Virus record (IMG/VR): IMGVR_UViG_3300032240_001991
Location: 33,128 to 97,127 of that record
DNA from: a virus
Direction: 5' to 3' (one strand)
DNA length: 64,000 nucleotides
The notes beneath the pieces are model-generated. The model saw nothing but the letters and a program-made list of their open reading frames with translations. It was not told the DNA's origin and made no database searches. This document shows, one piece after another, positions 1 to 9,475 of this stretch (its first letter is position 1; every line of letters begins with the position of its first letter). The translations under genes were made by a program, and so were the position numbers.

Positions 1-68
1 TTAAGTTTGATTTTTTAAATGTTAGCATTTATAAAGACATAAAAAACGAAGAACATTTAATTGAGTTA

Positions 69-392
69 ATGAATAAGGAGCCATTATGGGAACTTTTACT
101 TCAAGAGGAATTTGTAAATCTGTTATTTCATTTAAAGGGCCACTCGGCGGTTCTGAAGAAAAATTGCCCCACTTCAGTGGAACAATTAGCTGCGGTCCTA
201 GCGATGATACGCCCCGCGAAACGTTATCTGATTGGGAAAGATTGGACGACGATTATGAAGGAGATTTGGGAGAAACCTGAGCATAACGAGTATTACTTTA
301 AACGTGCACACGCTATTAGCTATGCATTTCTTGTAGTAGTGCACATGAACTTATTATGCGAAAATTTTGAAAAAGTTACTTCAGTCTCTTAA
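69..392 (+). CDS. hypothetical protein (107 aa)
   Basis: Intact ORF at window start; no recognised motif. Confidence 0.35.
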   Translation: MNKEPLWELLLQEEFVNLLFHLKGHSAVLKKNCPTSVEQLAAVLAMIRPAKRYLIGKDWTTIMKEIWEKPEHNEYYFKRAHAISYAFLVVVHMNLLCENFEKVTSVS

Positions 393-756
393 CTGTACGT
401 ACTAGCTGAATTGATTTTCTTTTAACTCTTTTTTCAGCTAGTTCACTTAAATTAACAACAGGCCCAAATATTAATTTAACATCTTTAGAATTAAATGTTT
501 TGATATAATCTCTAAATAATATCATATCTTTTTTAAGGAAAATATTAATAGGAATTTTTCTATTACTTTCCCACCACCAAATATCACCTAACTCTAAGAA
601 TTTCTGACGTTCGTCGTCTGATTTAATACAGGAAAAGTCGTAGATACTCGTTACATAGGAATCAAAATTGAGAATGATTCCCACGTATTCAACATCGCTT
701 GATTTGATGCATGTTATGAATGGAAAATTCTTTTGAATGTTGTCTTTAGTAGTCAT
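376..756 (-). CDS. hypothetical protein (126 aa)
   Basis: ORF filling the gap between flanking plus-strand genes; no motif recognised. Confidence 0.35.
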   Translation of the reverse strand: MTTKDNIQKNFPFITCIKSSDVEYVGIILNFDSYVTSIYDFSCIKSDDERQKFLELGDIWWWESNRKIPINIFLKKDMILFRDYIKTFNSKDVKLIFGPVVNLSELAEKRVKRKSIQLVRTVKRLK

Positions 757-778
757 TAATTATAAAATAAATACACAC

Positions 779-1624
779 ATGAAATTACCAGTTTATTTAT
801 ACCCCAATACGTTTGAAATAGTATTGGATTTGGATAACAATAACAGGATTTACCAAGTTATGTATCAAAAAAACCTTAAGGTTCAAAAAGGCGTCAAAAA
901 TACTATTCAGCTTCAATTTAAAAACAGCGATCAAAAATTTTTAAATGTTTCTTCAAGCACCTTTGTGTTTGTTTTATTTGATGCAGACGATCAACGAAAT
1001 TTAATACAAAAACCTGTAACAATTTTAGATGTAGGGTCTACCTCAACAGTTTATCCAACTAAAGGACTAGGACAAGTAGTATTAACTGAAAGCGATTTAC
1101 AGGCCTGTGAAAGCACTTTTTATAAAATTGGCATTAAGGCTTTAGATTCTAGCGGCAGTTTTGTTCCTGCATATGCTAATACCTATTACGATGTTGCAGG
1201 CACATTAGAAGTAAGACACGATTTATATCCAACACTTTTACCAAGTCAAGATATAACACATTTCCTTCCTTACTATAACGCAAATGTTGGTGCACAGCAG
1301 TACGAATATTACAGTGGTAATTTAGATGCAGCTCCGCAATTTAAATCGAATGTGGCATTACATACTGTAGCGGTATACATGACAGATTATAAGGGACATG
1401 TCTTAATTGAAGGTACTTTAGAAAACGATCCTGCAACTTTTGGCAACTATGCTCTAATTAGCAATAAATCCTATGACGGCTTTAGTGGCATTGATTACAC
1501 TAATTTTAATGGTATTTTTTCAAAAGTTCGAATTCGTTACATACCTGCTAAAAATCCAGTGACTCAACAAAACAACGACACTGCGTATGCAGGAACAGTT
1601 GACAGGGCGTTATATAGAAGTTAA
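779..1624 (+). CDS. hypothetical protein
   Basis: ORF 737..1624 begins at a TTG; first ATG at 779 (MKLPVYLYP...). No motif recognised. Confidence 0.45.
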   Translation: MKLPVYLYPNTFEIVLDLDNNNRIYQVMYQKNLKVQKGVKNTIQLQFKNSDQKFLNVSSSTFVFVLFDADDQRNLIQKPVTILDVGSTSTVYPTKGLGQVVLTESDLQACESTFYKIGIKALDSSGSFVPAYANTYYDVAGTLEVRHDLYPTLLPSQDITHFLPYYNANVGAQQYEYYSGNLDAAPQFKSNVALHTVAVYMTDYKGHVLIEGTLENDPATFGNYALISNKSYDGFSGIDYTNFNGIFSKVRIRYIPAKNPVTQQNNDTAYAGTVDRALYRS

Positions 1625-1633
1625 AATTTCTGT

Positions 1634-2629
1634 ATGAACCTTATACAGGGTACCGTACAGTCATTTTTACCTTCAAGAAGAAAAACAACCTCAGGCGGTT
1701 GGATTTCTTTTAATGCTCCCTGTTGTCAACATCGAGGCGAAAATCAGGATAAAAAAAGCCGAGGTGGAATTATTTTTGAAAAAGACGGCTTTGTATATAA
1801 TTGTTTTAATTGCGGTTATAAAGCAGGATGGGTACCTGGTAAAAATCTTTCAAAGAATGCTAAAGAGTTGATGCGTTGGCTAGGAATGCCAGACACTGAA
1901 ATTAACAAACTTTCTTTAGAAGCGTTAAAAGAAAAAGATGCTATCCCAGTAGCTAAAAAAGAGCTTGTATTTGATTTACAAGACGAAGATCTTCCAGATA
2001 ATTGCATTAGTGTATCTGAATGGATTGCACATGGATGCGAAGATTCTTACATGCTAGATTGTATTGAGTATATAATAAGCAGAGGATTAAGTTTAGACGA
2101 CTATAATTGGCATTGGTCTCCAGAACTTGGTTATCGAGATAGAATCATTTTACCATTTTATTATCAAAATAGAATAGTAGGTTGGACAGGAAGAAAAATT
2201 AATGACGGAAAACCTAAGTATTTGACAAAAACTCAGGCAGGCTACGTTTTTAATTTAGACGCACAAGTCTATGAGAGAAAGTTTGTTGTAGTTGTTGAAG
2301 GCCAGTTTGATGCTATTGCCATCGATGGCGTTGCTATTATGCATAATGAACCAAATGAAGTTCAATGTGCAAGAATTAATGGTCTAGAAAAGGAAGTGAT
2401 TGTAGTTCCAGACAGAGATCGAGCAGGTGCAAAGTTGTTAAAATCGGCACTTGAACACGGATGGAGTGTAAGTTTACCTCCGTGGGGAGATCATATTAAA
2501 GACGTTGCGGATGCAGTTAAAGAATACGGTAAAATTTATGTATTAGCCGCAATTTTACACTATAGAGAGCACAATAGGATAAAAATAGAACTAATGAAAA
2601 AGAAGCTGGAGAAATTAAATGTCAAATAA
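1634..2629 (+). CDS. DNA primase, zinc-ribbon plus TOPRIM (T7 gp4 N-terminal-like)
   Basis: CxxC...CxxC zinc ribbon (CCQHRGEN...CFNCGYKAGW); TOPRIM acidic motifs VVVVEGQFDAIAIDG and VVPDRDRAG; directly upstream of the helicase. Confidence 0.8.
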   Translation: MNLIQGTVQSFLPSRRKTTSGGWISFNAPCCQHRGENQDKKSRGGIIFEKDGFVYNCFNCGYKAGWVPGKNLSKNAKELMRWLGMPDTEINKLSLEALKEKDAIPVAKKELVFDLQDEDLPDNCISVSEWIAHGCEDSYMLDCIEYIISRGLSLDDYNWHWSPELGYRDRIILPFYYQNRIVGWTGRKINDGKPKYLTKTQAGYVFNLDAQVYERKFVVVVEGQFDAIAIDGVAIMHNEPNEVQCARINGLEKEVIVVPDRDRAGAKLLKSALEHGWSVSLPPWGDHIKDVADAVKEYGKIYVLAAILHYREHNRIKIELMKKKLEKLNVK

Positions 2630-4064
2630 AACAGATTACAGTTATGAGATTCAAAAAATCTACTTGGAAATGTTTTTAAGCGACGCTGAGACATTTATTC
2701 GATGCCAAAATATCTTTAATCCTGAGAATTTTGACCAAAAATTACGTAATGCGGCAGAATTCCTGACAACGTATGTTGACAAATATAAAGTTATGCCTGA
2801 AGCTAATATTGTAAATGCTCAATGTAGAACACAGCTAGAGCCGGTATCAGTAGCTAAAGAAAACTATGTCTGGTTAATGGACGATTTTGAAAGATTTAGC
2901 CGACATAAATCGCTAGAACGTGCAATTATTACTAGCAGCGACCTGCTTGAAGCGGGAGACTATGGCCCTGTTGAAAAATTAATTAAAGAGGCTATTGCGA
3001 TTAGTTTACAGAAAGACATGGGCACAGACTACTGGGAAGATCCTCGAGCTCGATTGATGAAATTAAAGGAAAATAACGGCCAAATTAGCACTGGATGGCC
3101 TAGTGTTGATAAAAAACTATACGGCGGGTTTAAGCGGGGAGAACTTGACATTTGGTGCGCAGGATCAGGTGGTGGTAAGAGTTTATTCTTGGCTAACCTT
3201 GGTGTAAATTTTGCGCTTGCTGGATTAAATGTTATCTATTTTACGTTTGAATTAAGTGAAGAACTTGTGGGTATGCGTATTGATAGTATGGTCACGGGCA
3301 TCTCAACTAGAGAAGTGTTTAAGAATCTAGATGACGTTGAAATGAAGGTTAAGATGATAGGGAAGAAGTCTGGTAGTATACAGATAAAATACCTTCCTTC
3401 TGGCAAAAATTGTAATGATTTGAGGTCATTTTTGAAGGAATATCAGGTCAAAACTGGCAAAAAAGCTGACATTTTATTAGTGGACTACTTAGACCTTATG
3501 TTGCCTCTTAGTATTAAGATTAGTCCTGCTGATCTTTATGTGAAAGACAAATACGTTAGTGAAGAATTGCGTAATTTAGCCATGGAAACGCAGACCGTTG
3601 TAGTAACTGCAAGTCAGTTAAACCGTTCTGCTGTTGAAGAAATTGAGTTTGACCATAGTCATATTTCAGGCGGATTGAGTAAGATTCAAACAGCAGATAA
3701 TGTCATAGGAATCTTTACAAGTCGCGCGATGAAGGAACGAGGCCGCTATCAAATTCAGTTTATGAAAACACGTAGTAGTAGCGGTGTTGGACAAAAAGTT
3801 GACCTAGAATTTAATGTTGACACACTGAGAATTAACGACCTTGGAGAAGAGGAAGAATCTAGCTTTAATCAGCAACGAGCCAATTCTTCTACTAGTAATA
3901 TCGTAAATCAGTTTAAAAAAACCAGCACTATTAAAGAACCTGAACCAGACGAAAATCGTAACGTAGATCCTGCAGTTGGCGTGCCGGTTGGTAAAGTTAA
4001 AGCTACGTCTGATAGCTCTCGTATACGAGCAATGTTGGCTAATCTTAATAGTGAAAAGGATTAA
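2619..4064 (+). CDS. DnaB-family (SF4) replicative helicase
   Basis: Walker A GSGGGKSLF; Walker B ILLVDYLDLM; TASQLNRS motif; 11-nt start overlap with the primase gene, consistent with a split T7 gp4 arrangement. Confidence 0.8.
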   Translation: MSNKTDYSYEIQKIYLEMFLSDAETFIRCQNIFNPENFDQKLRNAAEFLTTYVDKYKVMPEANIVNAQCRTQLEPVSVAKENYVWLMDDFERFSRHKSLERAIITSSDLLEAGDYGPVEKLIKEAIAISLQKDMGTDYWEDPRARLMKLKENNGQISTGWPSVDKKLYGGFKRGELDIWCAGSGGGKSLFLANLGVNFALAGLNVIYFTFELSEELVGMRIDSMVTGISTREVFKNLDDVEMKVKMIGKKSGSIQIKYLPSGKNCNDLRSFLKEYQVKTGKKADILLVDYLDLMLPLSIKISPADLYVKDKYVSEELRNLAMETQTVVVTASQLNRSAVEEIEFDHSHISGGLSKIQTADNVIGIFTSRAMKERGRYQIQFMKTRSSSGVGQKVDLEFNVDTLRINDLGEEEESSFNQQRANSSTSNIVNQFKKTSTIKEPEPDENRNVDPAVGVPVGKVKATSDSSRIRAMLANLNSEKD

Positions 4065-4073
4065 ATATATGAT

Positions 4074-4757
4074 ATGCCAAAGTATACTGCACCAATTGGA
4101 ATTCACGATACCTTAAATCCTAAAATATGGGACGGAGAAAGCCTCCGTCCTGAAGTTAAGAAATCTCTATTAAGAATTGCAAAAGAATTTTACAAATTTC
4201 TTAAAGTTTCTTCTCCTGTTCAGGATGTATTGTTAACTGGAAGTCAGGCCAATTACAACTATTCAAGAAACTCTGATATTGATTTGCACTTAGTTTTTGA
4301 TTTTGAAAATATTGCTTGCGACGAGCCTATAAGCGAGTTGTTTGACACTAAAAGAAAGCTATGGAAAGAAAAACATGACATCGACATCTACGGAATCCCT
4401 GTAGAAGTCTACGGCGAAGATTCAAATAATCCGTCTGTAAGTTCTGCTTATAGTCTTATTAAAGATGCATGGGTAAGAAACCCAAGTGATCCTGTAATTT
4501 CTTATAATAAAGATCGGGTAGAATACCTAACAGCTTTATGGATTAAGCTTATGGAAATATCCATTGAAAGCAAAAATCTAAAGATTTGTAATATAGTGCA
4601 ACAGCTATTAGCAGACTATAGAAAAATGGGTTTGAAGGTCTACGGAGAATTTGGAGTACCAAATTTAGTATACAAAAGTTTAAGAAATATTGGTATTATT
4701 AAACACATGAGCGATACAATTATTATGCTCACAGATGACGATTTAAGCCTTGACTAA
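4074..4757 (+). CDS. putative nucleotidyltransferase (minimal NTase fold)
   Basis: LTGSQANYNYSRNSDIDLHLVFD matches the GS...DxD nucleotidyltransferase signature. Confidence 0.45.
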   Translation: MPKYTAPIGIHDTLNPKIWDGESLRPEVKKSLLRIAKEFYKFLKVSSPVQDVLLTGSQANYNYSRNSDIDLHLVFDFENIACDEPISELFDTKRKLWKEKHDIDIYGIPVEVYGEDSNNPSVSSAYSLIKDAWVRNPSDPVISYNKDRVEYLTALWIKLMEISIESKNLKICNIVQQLLADYRKMGLKVYGEFGVPNLVYKSLRNIGIIKHMSDTIIMLTDDDLSLD

Positions 4758-4785
4758 CTGCTATTAAGATTATATATTACAGGTT

Positions 4786-5304
4786 ATGAAACACACAATT
4801 TATTTAGATATGGACGGCGTTGTAGCTGACTGGAACGCAGGCGTTCGAGATATTTTAGGTTATACTAAAGAAGATCCAAACGCACACTATCCTGACGAAG
4901 ACTGGAACAGAATCAAAACTAATGAACGCATGTATCGTGACCTTCCGGTTATGAAAAATGCTCAAGATTTGGTTAATATTGCAAGGCAGTTTCGAGACCG
5001 TTTAGGATGGAGATTGCTTTTTCTAACCGCGGTTCCTAAGGGTAATGACGTTCCTTGGGCATTCTGGGATAAGTGCAATTGGGCACAGAAAAATTTTCCT
5101 GATGTACCGGTACACTTTGGACCTTTTGCAAAAGATAAGCAGGTACATGCTGTAGAAGGGGATATCTTAGTTGATGATCGTCGTAGCAATGTTGAACAGT
5201 GGCGTAGCAAGGGCGGAGTTGGAATCGAGGTCACTGAAGGTGATCTAGGCGCTGCTATTATTAAACTAAGATTACTGTTTGATCAGAAGTTATCAGGGCG
5301 ATAA
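4786..5304 (+). CDS. 5'(3')-deoxyribonucleotidase, HAD superfamily
   Basis: N-terminal DxDxV motif (IYLDMDGVVADW) and ILVDDR motif, typical of phage NT5C-type nucleotidases. Confidence 0.65.
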   Translation: MKHTIYLDMDGVVADWNAGVRDILGYTKEDPNAHYPDEDWNRIKTNERMYRDLPVMKNAQDLVNIARQFRDRLGWRLLFLTAVPKGNDVPWAFWDKCNWAQKNFPDVPVHFGPFAKDKQVHAVEGDILVDDRRSNVEQWRSKGGVGIEVTEGDLGAAIIKLRLLFDQKLSGR

Positions 5305-5498
5305 TCATTCATTTTTTCAATAGTGGCAATTAATTTGTCCTGGTTGGGAAATAAGCTCATTCCTCTATCTCCTAGGGGACTCTGCCATTTTAAAAACCAC
5401 ACATCGTTAATTTCTGCTACCATAAAAACCCAACCAAATCTATTACCTATAGGACCTAAGGTATAGAACAGTATTGGTTTAAAATCATGATCTAACAT
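5283..5498 (-). CDS. hypothetical protein (71 aa)
   Basis: Convergent small ORF; weak support. Confidence 0.25.
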   Translation of the reverse strand: MLDHDFKPILFYTLGPIGNRFGWVFMVAEINDVWFLKWQSPLGDRGMSLFPNQDKLIATIEKMNDYRPDNF

Positions 5499-5575
5499 CG
5501 CTATGATATTTAGTTTTTTTGGAGTTAGATTAAGGTATAAATTACATAAATAATTAAAATACGAGGTATTTAGAT

Positions 5576-5791
5576 ATGAGAGCTAAGGACTTTAGCAAAG
5601 GTAAAGGATCATCTACTAAACAAGTTAGTACTGCTCCAATTCCAGTTCAAAGGGTTGAAATCCCGTCAGTAGCAGCAAATCCGTCAAGTAATAATCAGGA
5701 ACCTATTTTTGGTGTTGATGATAATGATTGGGTTGATGGGTTAAAAGAAACAAATTACTCTGCGTATCTAAATTTACGAAACTGGGATTAA
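5576..5791 (+). CDS. hypothetical small protein
   Basis: ORF with upstream GAGG; Ser/Thr/Pro-rich. Confidence 0.35.
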   Translation: MRAKDFSKGKGSSTKQVSTAPIPVQRVEIPSVAANPSSNNQEPIFGVDDNDWVDGLKETNYSAYLNLRNWD

Positions 5792-5794
5792 AAA

Positions 5795-8359
5795 ATGACT
5801 CCAGCTGATCCAACAAATAATCAACAACAGGCTACTCAACAAGCCCAACAACAGGCTCCTCAACAAGCTCCAAAACTAGCATCACCTGACTTTCAGAGTC
5901 AAATAGATTTTATGGCAGGTGTTATCGATAACATGCTATCCGGAGCTAATAAAAGAATTTTAGTTGGAGGAAAAACTGGTCTAGGTAAAACATCTTTTGT
6001 AAAACAGTTTGCTAAAGTTTTTGGATTTCCAACCATTATAGTTGAAATTCCTCATATTGTTGAAGAACAAATGATTAACATCCCCTTTGTTATCTTTGAT
6101 AAAAATGGTCAAAGCTCACAAGGGTACGATCAGGTTAAAATGGAAAAGGAAGGTTCTAGTCCTAAGGTTGAATTAGGTAGTTCTTATCTTGCTACAAAAT
6201 TAGCAAACTTAACAAAACTATCTGATGTTGAATACCGTACAAAAGTTAATAGTTACGACTCAACACTAAAAGAATTAATACGTCAATTTGAAGAACAGTA
6301 TCCTGGAACTATAGCTAAAGTTCGTTCAAAATACGATAAAATTTTATTCTTAGACGAATACTTTAGACAAACAACACCCGCCATTAGAAATATTCTTAGA
6401 AATATATTAAACGACAGAATTGGTAATGACATTATACCTGCAGGTACATATGTAATGTACGCTTCTAACTTAGAAGATGTTTCAGGTAGTATTGATCCGC
6501 AATCTTCTCACACAACATTCTTTCAGAAAAAGTTTAAGGCTCCAACCAAATCTCAATGGTTATCTTATACTGTAAGCTCAGCCGTTGGCCAAGGCGTACA
6601 CATTAAACAAGAAGTAGTAGATGCGTTTGATAAATCTCTTAAAGATGAACACGTTAGCTATGATGATTTAAATTTAGAAATAAGAACAAGTCCTAGAAGA
6701 TGGAGTGACATTTTTATATACATAAACAATGCCTTCCCATTTAAGAGCCCAGATGAGCTAGGAATTTTAAAAACAACAATTAAGAAACAATTTCAAAACG
6801 ATCAAGGAAACACTTCTGATCTATACAATGTAGTAGAAGCATTGCTAGCTAGACTAGCTATTCAATCAAATATAGATCCTAAAAAAGTAAAAGAAGTATC
6901 CCCCGAGCAGTGGAGAGATGTGTTAGCCCAACAAGTTATGACCGTCATGCAAAGTAAAGGCATGAAGAAATATGTTCCAGTCATACAAGGATTGCCCGGT
7001 GTAGGTAAGACTGCGATCGGCGGAACTTTTGAGAATCCGCCGTACAACATGAGATTTATTCCAATACTAGCAACAACATTGTCTCGTGATAGCGTTGTGG
7101 GTATTCCTTTGCCTAAAGAGCAAAATAAACAAATGGGTGTAGAGTTTGCTAAACCAGAATTAGCTATTAAAATAGATGACGATATTGAAAGAGCAAATAA
7201 GTCCTATTTTAACAGGCTACAGAAAAGAGAAAAAGAAGGCAAGCTAAACGGTAAAACTGCACAAGAAGCTTATAGAGATTTTGAAAATCAAGAATACAAA
7301 TATCTAATTTTTATTGACGAAATTAATCGTGTTAAAGATGTTGCTATCTTTAACAGTTTAAGAAGATTAATATTAGAAAAAGAATTCAATGATCAATACA
7401 AGCTGCCTAAAGGGGCAGTAGTTGTTGCAGCAATGAATCCGTCGGACCTTGGTACAATTCCAATGACGTCTCACTTTAGAGATGCTATTGATCTTATTGA
7501 CGTTGAACCTAGTTGGAAAGATACAATCAAGTTTATTAAGAACCAAGTTGTTCCTTACCTAAAGAACGAGTACAATCCTAGTGACATTGCACTTGATACG
7601 TCTTTACAAATTGTTGAAACGTTTCCACAAAACTTCTCTTTAGGAAGAAGACGAACCGCTAAAGAATTTTACATTGCAATTGGAGGTTCAGAAGAACTTT
7701 ACCTAAGTCCTAGAGACTATGACAATATGTTTAAAGTAATTGTCTCTGCAATTGATCGAGTTGCAAACTCACTTAAAGAGCAAATTAAACGTGGTAAAAC
7801 TTTCTCACAAGACGAAGTTAACAATCGTATTATTCGTGCAGCAGCTGAAGTAATTGAAAGTACATTTGACGATTTATTTTATAAGGCAGGAATGGGAACG
7901 CCACCGGGTTGGGATGACCGAGTTCTTAATTTCTTAAATAAGATCGTTGATGTTTCATTACAAATGAAATCAACTAAAGCAGGACTAGGATCTTTATTAG
8001 ACGATGTTATTGCAGGAACAACACAACTAAAAGACGACATAGATTTTGACAACTACATGGCAGATTATATGCCGGCAAAGTTCCAAAAGGACTTTGACGA
8101 ATATCTGCACAATATGATCAAAACTACAGAGAACATTCAAGATGTTGTTGACAGTTTAAAAATAATTATAACTCAATTTGGAACAGCAATTAGAGAAAAT
8201 CAATTAAATCCTGATGTGTTAAATCGTATAGAAAATACGATACATGTAAACTTTAATGAAGTTCTAAAATCAACCGAAGGTAGTGAACAAGAAGACGCTG
8301 CTAGATATCTAGCTAAGAATTATAGCGATCTATTAGATATGCTAGGCGTAGATGCGTAA
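5795..8359 (+). CDS. tandem AAA+ ATPase (MoxR/AAA_5-like), 854 aa
   Basis: Two P-loops (VGGKTGLGKTS; GLPGVGKTA) each followed by a Walker B (ILFLDEY; LIFIDEINR); Q-rich N-terminus. Confidence 0.65.
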   Translation: MTPADPTNNQQQATQQAQQQAPQQAPKLASPDFQSQIDFMAGVIDNMLSGANKRILVGGKTGLGKTSFVKQFAKVFGFPTIIVEIPHIVEEQMINIPFVIFDKNGQSSQGYDQVKMEKEGSSPKVELGSSYLATKLANLTKLSDVEYRTKVNSYDSTLKELIRQFEEQYPGTIAKVRSKYDKILFLDEYFRQTTPAIRNILRNILNDRIGNDIIPAGTYVMYASNLEDVSGSIDPQSSHTTFFQKKFKAPTKSQWLSYTVSSAVGQGVHIKQEVVDAFDKSLKDEHVSYDDLNLEIRTSPRRWSDIFIYINNAFPFKSPDELGILKTTIKKQFQNDQGNTSDLYNVVEALLARLAIQSNIDPKKVKEVSPEQWRDVLAQQVMTVMQSKGMKKYVPVIQGLPGVGKTAIGGTFENPPYNMRFIPILATTLSRDSVVGIPLPKEQNKQMGVEFAKPELAIKIDDDIERANKSYFNRLQKREKEGKLNGKTAQEAYRDFENQEYKYLIFIDEINRVKDVAIFNSLRRLILEKEFNDQYKLPKGAVVVAAMNPSDLGTIPMTSHFRDAIDLIDVEPSWKDTIKFIKNQVVPYLKNEYNPSDIALDTSLQIVETFPQNFSLGRRRTAKEFYIAIGGSEELYLSPRDYDNMFKVIVSAIDRVANSLKEQIKRGKTFSQDEVNNRIIRAAAEVIESTFDDLFYKAGMGTPPGWDDRVLNFLNKIVDVSLQMKSTKAGLGSLLDDVIAGTTQLKDDIDFDNYMADYMPAKFQKDFDEYLHNMIKTTENIQDVVDSLKIIITQFGTAIRENQLNPDVLNRIENTIHVNFNEVLKSTEGSEQEDAARYLAKNYSDLLDMLGVDA

Positions 8360-8368
8360 GGGCACAGT

Positions 8369-9469
8369 ATGAGATTTTTTGAATTTAGACCTGTTATAAA
8401 TGAAATCCTTTCTAAGAAGGGTGTTGAAAAAGGCAAAGTTGCCTTTAAACGGTCTGACATCTCCGATGCTTATATTGCAAAAGTAATACAACAAGTGTCT
8501 ACAGAGACTGGTGTACCTTATAATGATCTTATCAACGAAATGACTGCTGATATTGAAAAATTTAAAGAGGTTGGTAAGTACAGCCCCTTGCTATACGATA
8601 CAATTATTCAAAACTATGCAGAAAATTCAGCATTTAAATTAATTTGGAAATCAAAGCATCCGGTAAAAAAAGAAAATTATAAATTAGATGTTGGTGTGTT
8701 TAAAGAGCTTTTACGTCTAGTTCAGATGGACCATGAATCTTTTTTTCCTTTAAGAGCGCCCGACGGTTTACAAATAATAAACAGAATATCTCCAATTTTA
8801 GTTCCGTCTCAGAGACAAGAATATGTAAAGGCAGGGTTCAATACCATTGAAACTGCGGCCGTAACAAATACCGGCGAATTCATTTTTAATGTACCGTTTT
8901 TAGAAAGTTTGCTATATTACGGAACTGCCGTGGATGTAAAGCCACAAGGTAAGAAATATGTAGACAATGGCGGTACTATTCCTAATAATTATTGCTATAT
9001 TGAATTTATTATAGTACATGAAATATTACACTGGGCATATGGAGATTTCTTTGCCGGTAACAGATTTAAGCAGTATTCAGGCAGAGCACACAACATTGCT
9101 AGCGATTTAAGATCAAATTATCTTTTAGTAAAGAACGGTTACGAGCAACTGCCGCTAGGCCTATTCAGCGATGATTTAAACTTTGATAGACCAGAAACTA
9201 ATTCTTATCAAAAATTAATTGCTGTAGTTGACAGAGAACTGAAGAAAATGCCAAAGCAGTTGCAAGCATGGATTGAAGAAACCACAGGCGGAGATGTGCA
9301 TCCTCCGGGTGATCCATGGAAACCAAAACCTGGAGAAATCTGCCTTAATAATAAAACAGGCGGGTTTGTGATGATTACTAAAGACAACGGCGACGGCACA
9401 TACGAATCAAACGATTTGACAAAAGAGCAAGTAGAAGCTATCCTTGGAAAAACTGTTAATGTGGGTTAA
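8369..9469 (+). CDS. HExxH-motif protein (possible zinc metallopeptidase-like)
   Basis: IVHEILHWAYGD contains HExxH; sits between the AAA+ and vWA genes. Confidence 0.4.
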   Translation: MRFFEFRPVINEILSKKGVEKGKVAFKRSDISDAYIAKVIQQVSTETGVPYNDLINEMTADIEKFKEVGKYSPLLYDTIIQNYAENSAFKLIWKSKHPVKKENYKLDVGVFKELLRLVQMDHESFFPLRAPDGLQIINRISPILVPSQRQEYVKAGFNTIETAAVTNTGEFIFNVPFLESLLYYGTAVDVKPQGKKYVDNGGTIPNNYCYIEFIIVHEILHWAYGDFFAGNRFKQYSGRAHNIASDLRSNYLLVKNGYEQLPLGLFSDDLNFDRPETNSYQKLIAVVDRELKKMPKQLQAWIEETTGGDVHPPGDPWKPKPGEICLNNKTGGFVMITKDNGDGTYESNDLTKEQVEAILGKTVNVG

Positions 9470-9475
9470 TTTAAT

